Assembly: GCF_023055435.1 (NCBI RefSeq) | Contig: NW_025963846.1 | Span: forward strand, 14,880,001-14,944,000 | DNA from: Haliotis rufescens | Lineage: Eukaryota | DNA length: 64,000 bases | Direction: 5' to 3' | Shown here: piece by piece, positions 37,447 to 50,749 of the stretch | Numbering within the stretch: the stretch's first letter is position 1 | Layout: each line of letters starts with the position of its first letter | Made by a program: the position numbers and the translations under genes | Notes under the pieces: model-generated | Database searches by the model: none | Seen by the model: the letters and a program-made list of their open reading frames with translations, nothing else | Told to the model about the DNA's origin: nothing

Positions 37447-37486
37447 TATTTATAACTGGCTGACACTGATGGACAATCATATTCAG
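37447..37486 (+). promoter_or_regulatory. Putative core promoter of tropomyosin A (TATA-like + initiator)
   Basis: TATTTATAA at 37447..37455 and TCATATTCAG about 31 nt downstream; same arrangement as copies B and C. Confidence 0.55.
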
Positions 37487-37635
37487 CTTCTGCCTCCAAC
37501 AGACAGGTCTATTGCAGCCTCAGTGATTTGTAGCATCGTTATCCTGTGTTGTTGGAGCGTTCTCGACAACTGTAAAACTTTTACTTACTATCCTTTTCAA
37601 TTGAGTCTTAGGTTTTTCAAAACTTCCTAGTAGCC

Positions 37636-38490
37636 ATGGACGCCATCAAGAAGAAGATGCTCTCAATGAAGTCCGACAAGGACAACGCACTTGAAAAATC
37701 CGAGATGTTGGAACAGCAACTTAAAGACATTGAGGAACAGAAGGCTAAGGTTGAGGAGGACCTCCACGATCTCCAGAAGAAATTCTCCAACCTCGAGGTA
37801 GAATTTGACAACGTCAACGAACAGCACCAGGAGGCAAATGCCAAGTTGGAGACATCTACCAAGAGAGTCACCGAGATGGAACAAGAGGTCAGTAGTACGT
37901 CCTCCAGGGCTACCATGTTGGAGGAAGATCTGGAGAGGTGCGAGGAGAAACTGCAGACAGCCACTATCAAGCTGGAGGAGGCATCCAAGGCTCAGGATGA
38001 GACGGAGAGGTCACGCAAAGTTCTGGAGAATAAGAGCAGTGCTGACGATGAGCGCATCGATCAGCTAGAAACTCAACTGAAGGACGCTAAGTATATCGCC
38101 GAGGAAGCTGAAAGAAAGTATGACGAAACTGCCCGTAAGTTAGCCATGACAGATTCCGATCTGGAGCGAGCTGTCACCCGTTTTGAGGCTGCTGAAACCA
38201 AATCCATTGAACTGGATGAAGAGTTGAAGGTCGTTGGAAACAACGTGAAGTCCCTTCAGATCAGCGAGCAGGAAGCTTGCCAAAGAGAGGAGACTTTCGA
38301 GGAGACCGTCAAAGACCTGACCCACAAGCTCAAGGAGTCGGAGCACCGCGCTGTGGAGGCTGAGAGGACAGTGTCCAAACTCCAGAAGGACATCGACCGC
38401 CTGGACGATGAGCTACTTACAGAGAAGGAGAAGAACAAGGCCATCCATGACGAGTTGGACCAGACATTCGCCGAGCTCGCCGGATACTAA
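37636..38490 (+). CDS. TPM: Tropomyosin, intronless divergent isoform (copy A), 284 aa
   Basis: MDAIKKKM start, 284 aa, C-terminus [20 protein letters not shown] motif. Single uninterrupted ORF with GCCATGG start context. Confidence 0.97.
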   Translation: MDAIKKKMLSMKSDKDNALEKSEMLEQQLKDIEEQKAKVEEDLHDLQKKFSNLEVEFDNVNEQHQEANAKLETSTKRVTEMEQEVSSTSSRATMLEEDLERCEEKLQTATIKLEEASKAQDETERSRKVLENKSSADDERIDQLETQLKDAKYIAEEAERKYDETARKLAMTDSDLERAVTRFEAAETKSIELDEELKVVGNNVKSLQISEQEACQREETFEETVKDLTHKLKESEHRAVEAERTVSKLQKDIDRLDDELLTEKEKNKAIHDELDQTFAELAGY

Positions 38491-38880
38491 CTGTGAATGT
38501 GTACTACAGACAGGAAACTTGCCGGTGTTCTTCAAATCTCCAGTGGATATTTTCTGTAATGTGTCACTGATCTGTGAGACCCTGTGCTCAAACGGTAAAC
38601 ACTTTTTGTCTACTTTGTGTGATGCTTGTAATTGTCATCTCATGAGTCAGTGATGCCAGTGATTGCTTGCTCGGATACAATGGATACCACTGGAGGCCTG
38701 GTTGAACACTCAAGTTTATACTTGAAACTTCGAATCTCACATGAACAATATCAAGCTTTCTTTGATTTTAAATGTACCCATCCACTGCTGAATGTTGTAA
38801 ATAGCCAAAATTGTATCAACTCATTACAACTATTTATTATTTATACAGTAAGTCTACAGACATTCAACTGTTCATTTGTG

Positions 38881-38886
38881 AATAAA
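38881..38886 (+). terminator. Poly(A) signal of tropomyosin A
   Basis: AATAAA at the end of a 3'UTR of about 400 nt that is conserved with copy C. Confidence 0.7.
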
Positions 38887-39211
38887 ACCTGAAAGTCCAT
38901 GATACAAGTTGTTCATATATTGAATACGACCTGCCACCCAGTGTGACACCATTACTGTTCACAGCACCTTTTCACACACACGTGGCTTTTGTAGTTTCCA
39001 GGAAGTACTAACGGAAATCAATTTCTCGTCGGTGAGTGCATATTGTCTGCCGTTGTCAGCAACTTTACTGCAATATGCTGGATGTTATCCCCATCAGGTA
39101 AACCAGCGTGTAAGTTATTTTTTGGTCGGTAAATAAATAATTCATTGTTATATTTTAATTACTGTTTTAAGAAATCAAGTCAATGTTGCTGTTGTTTCTA
39201 TTACTTAACTA

Positions 39212-39386
39212 CAGTAAACTACGGTTATAACGAACACGCTTATAACGAACTGACGGATATAACGAACTTACTTTTGGGTCCCGACTATTTGCTGTTGTTA
39301 TACTGTATATATGCTGATAACGAACTACGGTTATAACGAACTAAAATTAGTAGTCCCTTTGAGTTCGTTATAACCGTAGTTTACTG
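39212..39386. mobile_element. Tc1/mariner-pogo-type MITE
   Basis: Perfect 24-bp TIR CAGTAAACTACGGTTATAACGAAC, TA TSD, internal repeats of ATAACGAAC. Confidence 0.9.
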
Positions 39387-41529
39387 TATACTACTTTATA
39401 TCTTTACTGAATATAAGTTTTTTAAATCTTGTCTAGAAACAAACTGGTCACTATTTTATAGGAACACTGTTTTTTAAGGAACACTCTTGTGGTCTGGAAA
39501 CTTCACTTTGAGTTGTGGTATGAGTAATTTCAAAAACATATTTAATATTTGACTCCAAAAACCAGAAACCAGAACATCGAGTATGTCATAACAGGGCATA
39601 TCTACAAAATATATCTGTCAGACAAGCACGTGTGGACACATGTACGTGACTTCAGAATACCCGATTGTGCTCATAGTGCATTAGTATTCCAATAATTATT
39701 ATTGAGATTATAACTGGGAATTTTCAATATAGTTTATAAGATAAATGGGGGCATGGAAATCTAAGTACAATGAACATATAATATTACAGAGCGTACTTGC
39801 TGTTATCAACGACTTCAATGAAGAGAACGCTCACATTCATCTTCCCAGCCAGTTTAAGGGCTCAGTAAAGCTTTCAAAATGTTTTATAGTAGACATGGTG
39901 GACGTTTCCGAATTTAAGGCTTCAGTGACAAAATCCCTTGTTTTGCAGGCCAACAATTTACTTTCCTTTGCATGTGTTTTTGACGGGTGCCACCGGTGCG
40001 GCAGAATACGCTTATCTTTTCGCGAACACAGGGGATCATCACTATTTGATAGTCATTCAAAAAACATTTTTATGATATTGTCGGAATCGCACAATGCAGA
40101 TTTCTTCTGATTATGGCAAGGGTTTTGTCGCTGTCATTGAACTTGTGGGTATTTAATATGCATTTCATGGCGCGCACGGAATGCCTCCCTGCCAACGCTT
40201 AGAGTACCCACCTTCAATAGAAACACACATAGAATTGAAAAAAGAGTATTCTTGTGATATATAGTTATGCATTAGGTTAAAGATATATATAATTCAAATG
40301 AAGCCCAGAAAAAATGCTGAATTTGAGGGCTGAGCTGAGGCAATCTAGACTTGCCAAATCATTCTAGGTTCGAGTTAGATTCACTTTTTATTTTGCTCTC
40401 TTATGTCTGTGAGATAGACTAGAAGACCTATGACAAACATGTTATGCCTCTGTGAGTTTGCGGCGACAACTACTTGGCAACAGAGGACAATTGGGAGACC
40501 CCTTACATCCCTTATACCTGGTAGCAGTGACCCACTATGCAAACCAACGGTACCGCTATTTCCAGAGATAAGTCACAGTATCTCACGTTTATCGGTGATA
40601 TATCTAAATACCACGAACCATTTGCGGCAATCCAGGAATCTGAACAATGCTAGCATCACTCTTGAATCACACATGTAGGTGCCTATGTGCAATGACACTG
40701 TGTGAATATTCCTACACGTGTAACAGGACTGGTTATTAAAGTGATGGTCCTCTGTAATCTTTGCTGCAACTGTTTGTTTGTGTTACAAAATCCGTTTTTT
40801 TTTGTTCCTTCCAGTCTTCGTTTTGTTACATAAGGGGCCGGCAATTTGATATTCTGTACTGAATCAGCTACAGCTGCAAAACCAAATATTTTAACTGACA
40901 CTTTGAGTCTATATATTTCTTTTGAACAAAACACCTTGCAACAATGTTTTTTGTCAAGCATTTTCTTGGCCAATAATTTCGTCGATAAAATCCCAGATCC
41001 CGACCCCCAGAATATCAAATGACTGGTCCCTAAGTAAGTGGGGGTGGGGCGGGGGGTAGTAGTGGGTGGAAGGGGTGGGGGTGATGGTTTATAACTAGCA
41101 AACCGACAAATGGTGAGCAGTGGAACCCACACACACACAGGGAAGACTAAAGCGCCCACTTGTGTCGTGCTAAATCATGAAGGGACATTAGAAGTAGTCC
41201 AAGTGGGTTGTAAACCAGCCGACTTCACCTACTTTAAGAATACTCTTGATATTGCGGTGTAAAATATGTGTCTTGCCTAGGATAGCCCAGTGTTGCTTAT
41301 CGAAAAAACATTAAACGTCAATGCCAGAGTATAACACATCTCCATTAATTGCCGACACAGTTCTCCGAAAATCAGTGAGGACACCAGGTCAGCCCTTTAT
41401 GTACTGATTATGTATCCATAATGACATCTAAGATATGTGTGTGAGAGTGTGAGTATGTGTGTGTGTAAATGACGCATCAGTTGCATTTCGGAATTCGTTT
41501 ATTTGACTGATATGTTCTTTGCAATGAAC

Positions 41530-41690
41530 ACTGACACACACCACACATACCACACATACACACACACATCCGCGCGCACACACACACACCGCACATACCA
41601 CACATACACACACATACACACACACACACCGCATATACCACACCCACAAACACACACACTAGCACGCACGCACGCACACACGTAAAAGGC
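41530..41690. repeat. Imperfect (CA)n microsatellite
   Basis: Direct observation. Confidence 0.9.
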
Positions 41691-44064
41691 AAAATAGCTG
41701 TGAAAAGTTTATGAATTATATGAAAATTATAAGTATTTTATATGATTAATTTCTTTTAGGGTCAAAATTATACATAATTTGAATTGAAATATCAGCAAGC
41801 ATAAACAATTACTCTATTTGTATATACACATAATCAAAATTTGATTAAAGAATAACATTTTAAATGTATGTAAGTTGATATGTTCGTCAGTAGGAAAGGG
41901 AATGATATCTCAGTGTGAAATATGCACCCCATGGACACCCCCCCCCCCCCCCCCCCCCATACACACACACACACACACACACAAAACAAGTATCATAATC
42001 AGGGCGAATATGGGATTCATACCCACGGTCATCGGAACCTGGCATATCTACGGCACATAGCTCTGTACAGCGAATTGCGGCGCCTTGCACGACTTTAATA
42101 TAGAAGTGTTGGAGTTGTATCAATGGCAGTCCAATAGCCTGTTGTGGTTAAAACGTTCGCTCTTTCAATTCCCAACACAGGTGAAATGTACGTGTGCAGT
42201 CAATTTGCCATTTCTGTCCTCCACGTCATACAAAAAGATATTAAAATGTGGTACTTGTTGTTGTCCTGCCTGTGGCTCTCGGCATTAAGGGACTAATACA
42301 AGGCTTGGTCGGGTCACTCAGTACNNNNNNNNNNNNNNNNNNNNNNNNNNNNNNNNNNNNNNNNNNNNNNNNNNNNNNNNNNNNNNNNNNNNNNNNNNNN
42401 NNNNNNNNNNNNNNNNNNNNNNNNNNNNNNNNNNNNNNNNNNNNNNNNNNNNNNNNNNNNNNNNNNNNNNNNNNNNNNNNNNNNNNNNNNNNNNNNNNNN
42501 NNNNNNNNNNNNNNNNNNNNNNNNNNNNNNNNNNNNNNNNNNNNNNNNNNNNNNNNNNNNNNNNNNNNNNNNNNNNNNNNNNNNNNNNNNNNNNNNNNNN
42601 NNNNNNNTTGATGCGTCACATTTTTATGACCCCAATATGCATTTACACGGCACCAAGCTAAGCCAAGATAATTATTTGGTACAATGTAGTCTGTCATGTA
42701 GACCCTGAAAAAATATATCCATACATCTGTAAAACATATCTCAAAATTGTCGAAATGAGTTTACACAAATATGTCTGTCACCAACATCATAACAAAGGTT
42801 ACTCGTGAAGAGCAAATTCCGAACATGAAATGCCTAAATATATCTATACCATCCATCTTCACGAGAATGCAATAACATTGCTACGTGTACCAGAACATAT
42901 CAAGTCTATTGTAAACATGCATAAGATATATGCGGGGGCGGGGCGGGGTGGGGAGTTTGGGGGGTGGGCGGGGAAGTAGGAGGGAGAGGTTCGAGTAGGG
43001 GCTGAAGTAAGACTATAAGTGAAGAAGACCCTCTACCCCCTGGAATTATCAGCTGCAGGTGGTATGCACATGTGTTCGTGGGTGATGCATTAAGGTAATG
43101 AATTCTTTACGGTTCAAGAGAATCGAGGATCTTGCTTACTCGTGGTAATGATTATTGCAGCACCGATTGCATAAGATGAGTTGGCTTCTCCTTGTTAATG
43201 CCCACATCTGACCGCCGCGTGGGGTGTTGTACGACCGGCGTGCGGGGTGTTGTATGACCCGCCGTTTTTGCAGGGTGATGCGCAGCATCAGTGTCAATCC
43301 ACAATCATAAACTTCAGATTTATGTGTTGGTGATGGGCGTGTTAGTCGTGCATGGATACTGATTGGCAAAGAGATGCATGTGTTTATTGCCATTGGTTTA
43401 GGCAATCTAGATTCCTAAGAATGTTTAAAGAAATGAGCAGTCTTGCAGTTCCTGAACCATAATATTTTCCCTTCTGCCCATCCCTTACTGTAGTGCCACT
43501 GCCCCAAATGAAGCAAGTCTAGATATTTTTCCACAGGTTCCGATATCTCCCATCTCACTGGGGCTCCTTTTCAATTTGAATGTAGTTGGTTGTTTCTATC
43601 AAAATTATATTTTTTCAGTGACTAAGCGTTTGTCTATTCACATTTTATCAACATGCATTTATCATCTTTCTTCATCGAAATACGTTCTAGATCCGTAAAG
43701 ATCTACCTCGATATATGTATATGCAATAACGTCATTTAGTACATCCGGATCCTACACGGGTAGTCATAAAGATTACAGCAACGCCATCCAGATAACTAAT
43801 AACATTAACTTAGACAAATAAAAGCGACAAAACCCTTTCCATATTCATGGAATAATCTCTGCAAAAAGCAGAGTTGATTGTACGATTCCGACTATATCAC
43901 GAGCATACGTTATGAATCATCATCAAACAGTGATGATACCACCCTTCCAAAGTAAAACACATGCTTAAACAACACAAATGGATAAACTGGTATTGAAAAT
44001 ACCCCTGTCAAACACCACAGCAAAGGGAAACATCGTGACAAACGAAACATATGAAACAAAATGG

Positions 44065-44070
44065 TTTATT
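44065..44070 (-). terminator. Candidate poly(A) signal of tropomyosin B
   Basis: AATAAA about 490 nt after the stop, followed by a T/G-rich tract on the minus strand. Confidence 0.5.
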
Positions 44071-44560
44071 TCAAAAATTATACTTCAGCACATCGGTCAG
44101 ATCATTAAAAGTTGCTATGTACATGGTTGAAAGAGCGGTAGTGATGTTCCACATACTGCCACGTTAGCTGTGACAATATATCAACACAAGTACTTCATGT
44201 ATGGTTGCAGCATATGGAGAGAAGTCACTGACATCCTTCGGAGTCAGTAACGAGCACATATTTTCCTGGTAGAAACGCCGCTCGGAGTATAGCCTTATGT
44301 CACCTGTTGACAAGCACTATTGTAAAGCACATTGTTAGTTCAACCGTTTTGGGTTTATGTGTGTATAGTTGGCAAATGGAACAATCAATATTACGGCAAG
44401 ATTGTTGAAATAAATATAAGCATAAATTAACATAAATAAGTGACAATTTTCCTATTCACCGTTATGTCCAAATCCAGTATCCGACGAGTCACAGTATAGA
44501 AAATATTCATTAGAAGTGTGAAGAACACTGACATCTTTCATGGATGAAATACACATTCAG

Positions 44561-45415
44561 TTAGTATCCGGCGAGCTCGGCGAATGTCTGGTCCAACTCG
44601 TCATGGATGGCCTTGTTCTTCTCCTTCTCTGTAAGTAGCTCATCGTCCAGGCGGTCGATGTCCTTCTGGAGTTTGGACACTGTCCTCTCAGCCTCCGCAG
44701 CGCGGTGCTCCGACTCCTTGAGCTTGTGGGTCAGGTCTTTGACGGTCTCCTCGAAAGTCTCCTCTCTTTGGCAAGCTTCCTGCTCGCTGATCTGAAGGGA
44801 CTTCATGTTGTTTCCAACGACCTTCAATTCTTCATCCAGTTCAATGGATTTGGTTTCAGCAGCCTCAAAACGGGTGACAGCTCGCTCCAGATCGGAATCT
44901 GTCATGGCTAACTTACGGGCAGTTTCGTCATACTTTCTTTCAGCTTCCTCGGCGATATACTTAGCGTCCTTCAGTTGAGTTTCTAGCTGATCGATGCGCT
45001 CATCGTCAGCACTGCTCTTATTCTCCAGAACTTTGCGTGATCTCTCCGTTTCATCCTGAGCCTTGGATGCCTCCTCCAGCTTGATAGTGGCTGTCTGCAG
45101 TTTCTCCTCGCACCTCTCCAGATCTTCCTCCAACATGGTAGCCCTGGAGGACGTACTACTGACCTCTTGTTCCATCTCGGTGACTCTCTTGGTAGACGTC
45201 TCCAACTTGGCATTTGCCTCCTGGTGCTGTTCGTTGACGTTGTCAAATTCTACCTCGAGATTGGAAAATTTCTTCTGGAGATCGTGGAGGTCCTCCTCAA
45301 CCTTAGCCTTCTGTTCCTCAATGTCTTTAAGTTGCTGTTCAAACATCTCGGATTTTTCAAGTGCGTTGTCCTTGTCGGACTTCATGGAGAGCATCTTCTT
45401 CTTGATGGCGTCCAT
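44561..45415 (-). CDS. TPM: Tropomyosin, intronless (copy B), 284 aa
   Basis: Differs from copy A at only 3 residues (L25F, V204M, V240A). Confidence 0.97.
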   Translation of the reverse strand: MDAIKKKMLSMKSDKDNALEKSEMFEQQLKDIEEQKAKVEEDLHDLQKKFSNLEVEFDNVNEQHQEANAKLETSTKRVTEMEQEVSSTSSRATMLEEDLERCEEKLQTATIKLEEASKAQDETERSRKVLENKSSADDERIDQLETQLKDAKYIAEEAERKYDETARKLAMTDSDLERAVTRFEAAETKSIELDEELKVVGNNMKSLQISEQEACQREETFEETVKDLTHKLKESEHRAAEAERTVSKLQKDIDRLDDELLTEKEKNKAIHDELDQTFAELAGY

Positions 45416-45527
45416 GGTTACTTGGTTGGTGGTGAGTCGTTAATCTAAACGGAAAGTACTTTATACTACAAAGTTGTAGAGATAATCTCAAGGAGCGGAC
45501 TGTAGGTTGTTGACGGCGGGAGGCGAA

Positions 45528-45568
45528 GACTGAATATGCCCTCTCGTTCAATATCGGTCTGTTTTATA
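45528..45568 (-). promoter_or_regulatory. Putative core promoter of tropomyosin B
   Basis: TATAAAA at 45568..45562; CATATTCAGTC with the A at 45537, 31 nt downstream. Confidence 0.7.
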
Positions 45569-45722
45569 CCACTTACTGACCCCCATGTGGTATTATAGAC
45601 AGAGATGGTAACCGCCATCTTTGAAACGACCCCCTGCCACGGCGCCAGTGTACCTCTCCCTGTACCGGCGGGGGGTGCATCTGTTTGAGCATGTGCTCTG
45701 CCCGTGTACATCGTCTTATGTC

Positions 45723-48345
45723 AGAAAGTATTTTGATGGAAATAATTAAATACTCAAAACTTGGCCACATAATCCTTAGAGGGGATATCAATGTCCTCGT
45801 AGTATCTGATGATGGATGCATAGATAATAGTAATGGTATCCACTTGCCTGATCTTCCTACTGACATAGGGTTCATCCTTCATACACCAGTGGGCACTAAA
45901 TAATTTGTTGAACACCAAATGACAGTGCTTCTTGTGAAGCACACATTGATGCCTTCTATGCCGGTATATTATCTTCATTAATATAGTGTCAACAGAAGCA
46001 GGCAGACTTGTATATAATCTGCCTAAAACCCTTGGCATGATAAATAGGTTTGAACATTATTAAATAAACTTTGGTTATCTAAAAAATATAAAAGGTGCAG
46101 CCAGTACAAGGGTGTAGACAGCAAGTGGATCTCTTAATCAGGATTTCTTAATCCAGAAAATAATGACCACATTCCAAACTGTAACGCTATTTTAACTACT
46201 CAATCAATGCTGAAAGGGTCGTGCAATGTGTTTGATAATTAAAAACAAATAAATCTAATTACAGAGGCATAGCTGCACGCAGTTGTATGGGAAGTTATTA
46301 GTTAGATTATTAATGGAAGAAATGCCAAACACATGGACAATAACTCTATGCATGACATTTCACAGTCTGGATTTAGAAAACAGACCTCTGATATCAGATT
46401 TGTACTCAGAACCTTATTTGTCTCAGCAAAATCGCTAAAAAGAAGTTGTACACATGTTTTGTTAATTTCTAAAAGGCATTTGACACAATAGATAGATCAC
46501 GTTTGCCATCTAAACTTTTATTAGTTGGTGTTTCCAGGAAGGCAATTCATATTAAATATTCGCTTCATGCTGACTCGTATTTCATATAGAGTAAATACCA
46601 GTAAGGGAGTGTCACAAACATTCCTATCTGATATTGGATGAGACAGGGATGTATCCTGTTTCCCACTCTTTTCAACATATTTATACACGATCTTTAGCAA
46701 CACCTTAATTCTAAGCAAAATAGTGTAACTCTACATGATCTCAACATTGTCACTGCTTGCGGGTGAGTTTCTATTATTCGTAGACAGCCCACCCAATCTT
46801 GATACTCTTCGGGGGCACGGGTGGCCCAGTCGTCTAAGGCGCCGCGATTCGCTGTGCAGAGTTGCGTCCCTTCGGACACGCCAGAAACCTATGATTGTGG
46901 GTTCGTATCCCGATTCGCCCCGATTATGTTTCTAGGTTTGTCAGCACCATACCCGTGCTCGTGGGTTTCACCTAAGTGGTAAACGTCTGAGACCTGCATC
47001 ACTTCGGGCTTTCCTCCCACATTAAGCTGACACGCCGCGATATAACTGTAATACTGTTAAAAGCGGCGTTAAACCCAACTCACTCACTCACTCACTCACT
47101 CACTTGATACTCTTCGTGTCTTCTGCATTAATAAAAAATAAATGGAGATAAATATAAAGTTATTATATTTGGCATATTCAGTAATTTGAATGCAAAATAT
47201 TAACGGTAAAACATTGTGTGATACAAATCATTATAGTTATTTTGGAATAACGTTTGATCTATCTGGAAGGTTCATCTGGAAGGCGCTACATTATTGTTTA
47301 AACAAGGATTGGGAGCATACCACAAACTCCAAACTACCATTTTCAATCAAGATATTCCAGTACATCAAGCATGAAAACTATTCAAATCATTCACAGAACC
47401 TATCATTTAATACATCAATGCAATTTGGGGCATTAGTTCAATTCTATAAAACAGATTAACATTTTTACTCCTGAAAAACTTAAACTTCGATTCTGCAAAT
47501 TCAGTGTTTGGGGCCAGTAGAACTACACATAACTGGTCATGCAGAGCAGGGTAAGGTTAATATCCTCTTCTATGTAGTACAATAGCTAAAATGGTAAATC
47601 ACCACCATATTACCACCTCAGACAATATCATTCTCCGAAACGCTTTTGCTAAAAGTAAATCCCGAATCCTTAGAAGAATTGTTTATTTGCTGCTGGTCAA
47701 ACGCTACATTTTAGTTACTCAGCATTAACGTCATTATTTGTAGTTGATCCAACCATCCAACAGAAATTCCAAACCCTTAATATACATTCTCTTTCAGATG
47801 CAGAATCTATGGCTACTGGCTCAGGAAAAAAATAAGAACATATAGAATAGTTAAAAATGATATTAAGTTAGGAACTCTTTAAGAATATCTCAAGAAGATA
47901 TCGTGTTAAGTTGATACTTAGTGACCATTAACTTAAAAGTGAGCTTGGTACACGCACAAAACCGCCTACACCAATCCATCAAAGACTCAACTGCTCAACT
48001 TCACATCAGTAGTAAATGATCTTATTCACTGTATAAAACATAGCCAAGATTGAATAGTATTATATAATATTATTAGCTAACGAAGTTTCCAAAATAATAT
48101 ACTTACATTGAGTTGGCCTGTTCCAACATGCCCTCAATTAATACCATTTGTTAACATGTTTATAATTTCAACCAATAAATCCTAATACATCAACATAACC
48201 ATCTTTAAAATATATTGTTTTATTCTTGTGTTTTATATACGCATTTTTCATGAGTTTGTGTAAATGTAAATTGTAGCTGTTTACATTTACATCTTTTATT
48301 TAAGAAATGTATTGCAATATAAATGATCTTATCGTATTTTATCTG
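45723..48345 (+). mobile_element. Decayed RTE-X-like LINE inserted upstream of tropomyosin B
   Basis: Remnants of GDIN (45781), SGFR, KAFDTIDR, RQGCILFPTLFNIF (about 46640) and SDH. Absent from the homologous flank of copy C. Confidence 0.75.
46812..47102 (+). mobile_element. SINE family B, full length
   Basis: 14-bp TSD CTTGATACTCTTCG at 46798..46811 and 47103..47116; (ACTC)n tail. Confidence 0.93.
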
Positions 48346-48659
48346 AAGACGGAATTTTCTTACGGAGAAAGTATACATCAAACGTTGCGCCATTAATGGA
48401 GATTATCATAGAGCTATTAAGTAATTACCATCTCATCTTGTGAACATGCGAAGATAAGGTAGCATCTTGCGACATCTGGGTTACATGACTGTGCACTTTC
48501 ACCTTCATGGTGGGGGGCGGGAGTGGGGGAAGGGTTTGCGTGCACCCCCGTGTTTCACACTGAAACGGGAGAAGCTTGCAATGTTATCACGTTTCATATG
48601 CATATATTCATCAGTAATCAGTTTAGATTTTGGTATTCGTAGGTTTGTACATGTTTGAA

Positions 48660-48960
48660 GAGCAATAGATCATGCTCTTTCTTCCAACATTACAAAGAGC
48701 GCCATACAACTCTTGCTCAGAAGTTGTTTGATCAAGGTTACAACTATCCTGGCCTCAGTAAACTTTGAACAAGTTTTATGTCAGACATGTGGAGGACATT
48801 TCCATGCAATTACCTATTTTGACTTGTACCATATGCTCCCGGTTTTTTTTAGGTGAACAATTGACTTGTCTTTGCATGTGTTTGTGGCGGGTGCCAATGG
48901 TGGGCAGCATGCGCTCACCTTTTCGCGAACACCTGGTGTCATCACTATTTGATAGCGATT
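48660..48960 (+). mobile_element. Penelope-like retroelement 3' fragment (tentative)
   Basis: RHTTLAQKLFDQGYNYPGL...NKFYVRH, followed by GGGTGCC...CTTTTCGCGAACACCTGGTGTCATCAC. The same motif recurs at about 6690(-), 13230(-), 28440, 39985 and 51650..51830. Confidence 0.55.
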
Positions 48961-49007
48961 CATAAACACATGCTAATGATACAGTCGGAGTCAGAAATCG
49001 AATATTT

Positions 49008-49217
49008 CTATGATTGCGGGTTCAAATCCCGGTTCGCCCCGATTATGTTTCTAGGTTTGTCAGCACCATACCCGTGCTCGTGGGTTTCACCGAAGTGGTA
49101 AACGCCTGAGACCTGCATCACTTCGGGCTTTCCTCCAACATTAAGCTGATACGCCGCGATATAACTGGAATACTGTTAAAAGCGGCGTTAAACCCAACTC
49201 ACTCACTCACTCACTCT
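49008..49217 (+). mobile_element. SINE family B, 5'-truncated
   Basis: Match from the B-box to the (ACTC)n tail. Confidence 0.88.
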
Positions 49218-49466
49218 TATGACTATAGAAAAGGTTTTGTTGGTTCTGTTTGATTACTTTGCCTGTGGAATGTGATGTTGATGCATCTGGTATACAACTT
49301 CCAATCAGAATGTGATTCCTTCTAATTGAATGAATCTTTAATTCCCAGACATTCAGAAATAATGTATGTGATTAACAGCTCACACTATTCCTTTTACACG
49401 ACTATGCCATCTTCCTTGAGAGCGGGTCGGTGGAAATCTAAAACTATTACTGATGATGGAATATGG

Positions 49467-49632
49467 AGTGAGTGAGTGAGTATGGTTTTACGCCGCTGTT
49501 AGCAATATTCCAGCAATATCACGGCGGGGGACACCAGAAATGGGCTTCACACATTGTACCCATGTCGGGAATCGAACCCGGGTCTTCGGCGTGACGAGCG
49601 AACGCTTTAACCACTAGGCTACCCGACCGCCC
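49467..49632 (-). mobile_element. SINE family A
   Basis: Full length; TSD GATGGAATAT(G/A)GAG. Confidence 0.92.
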
Positions 49633-50749
49633 GATGGAATATAGAGCTGAAAGTAAAGGATTGAAGTCTGACAAAGCACCCGATATAGATGCTGTCCCTC
49701 CTGATTTTTATGAAAATACCATGGACATGTAACCGTATTTAACCATATATTTGATATTGGTGAATTTCCAGAAGATGTTGATCCCGCTGTAAAACAAGGT
49801 GATGTTGAAAACGTCCACAATTATGTTGTACTTTTACTATTAAATAATTTTGGTAAAATTTTCACATCAATTCTAGAACTGAGACTAAGAACTTTAATTG
49901 AAGTCAACGATACGGTGGATTAGGAAAAAATTACTCTATAACTGATCAAAGTTTCGTTCTCTTTGTTAGAAATATCTTAGAAAACCAAACCATATGTTCT
50001 AACATTATATTATTGATTATAAAATAAACGTTCGATCATATGACAGAAATAAGTTATAACTGAGAAGAAAAGGAAACTATACCTCACAGTTGATTTGATC
50101 ATATGTTTGATATTCATTTTAAAATATCTTAAGTTAGCGATACATATAGTCAGCACTCAAAGAATATTTCTACATGGTTTCATTTTTTAAAATAAAATTT
50201 TACTAAAGAAACCTTTTTAAAATAGCAAAGATTTGCATTATACACAATGGCTAATGTGTACCTTACACGTTATATCTGTGACAATTCATAAATTTGCTGC
50301 TTTGGGAACAAATTTACAACATTTCAGACAGGGTGGGGTTCATGTGGTTGCAAATTAATAATTATTTCTTACCCCAGACTCCATTGAACCAGTTAATGTT
50401 TACACAAAATTACCCTGCCACAGATTACTATGTACAAACTGTTGCTGGGTGATGGTTAATCGTCTACAACAATTGTTTCAATTTTCAATTACATAAAAAA
50501 CAAAAGCGTTACATCTTTACGCCTCAATTTACGTCCTAGTCGACAGGGGCATTCATGGGGAAATGTTTACTAACCTTTATAATATGTATGAAATTAACAA
50601 AACCTGTGCGAGGGTGGGACATGTGAAAACATAAATTTAAAAAACCAACACAGGTGTTATACAAGGTTGCATGTTTAGTCCAGTTCATTATATTTTTTGT
50701 TATGAAGGGACATGGATTAAGTGGTAATTTTGTACAAACAACAACCATT

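Noticed and set aside
37617-38444. Antisense and alternate-frame ORFs over the tropomyosins (also at B and C)
   Set aside because: Shadows of the biased Glu/Lys codon usage of the real CDS.
41428-41692. Cys/Val-rich ORFs
   Set aside because: Translation of a (CA)n microsatellite.
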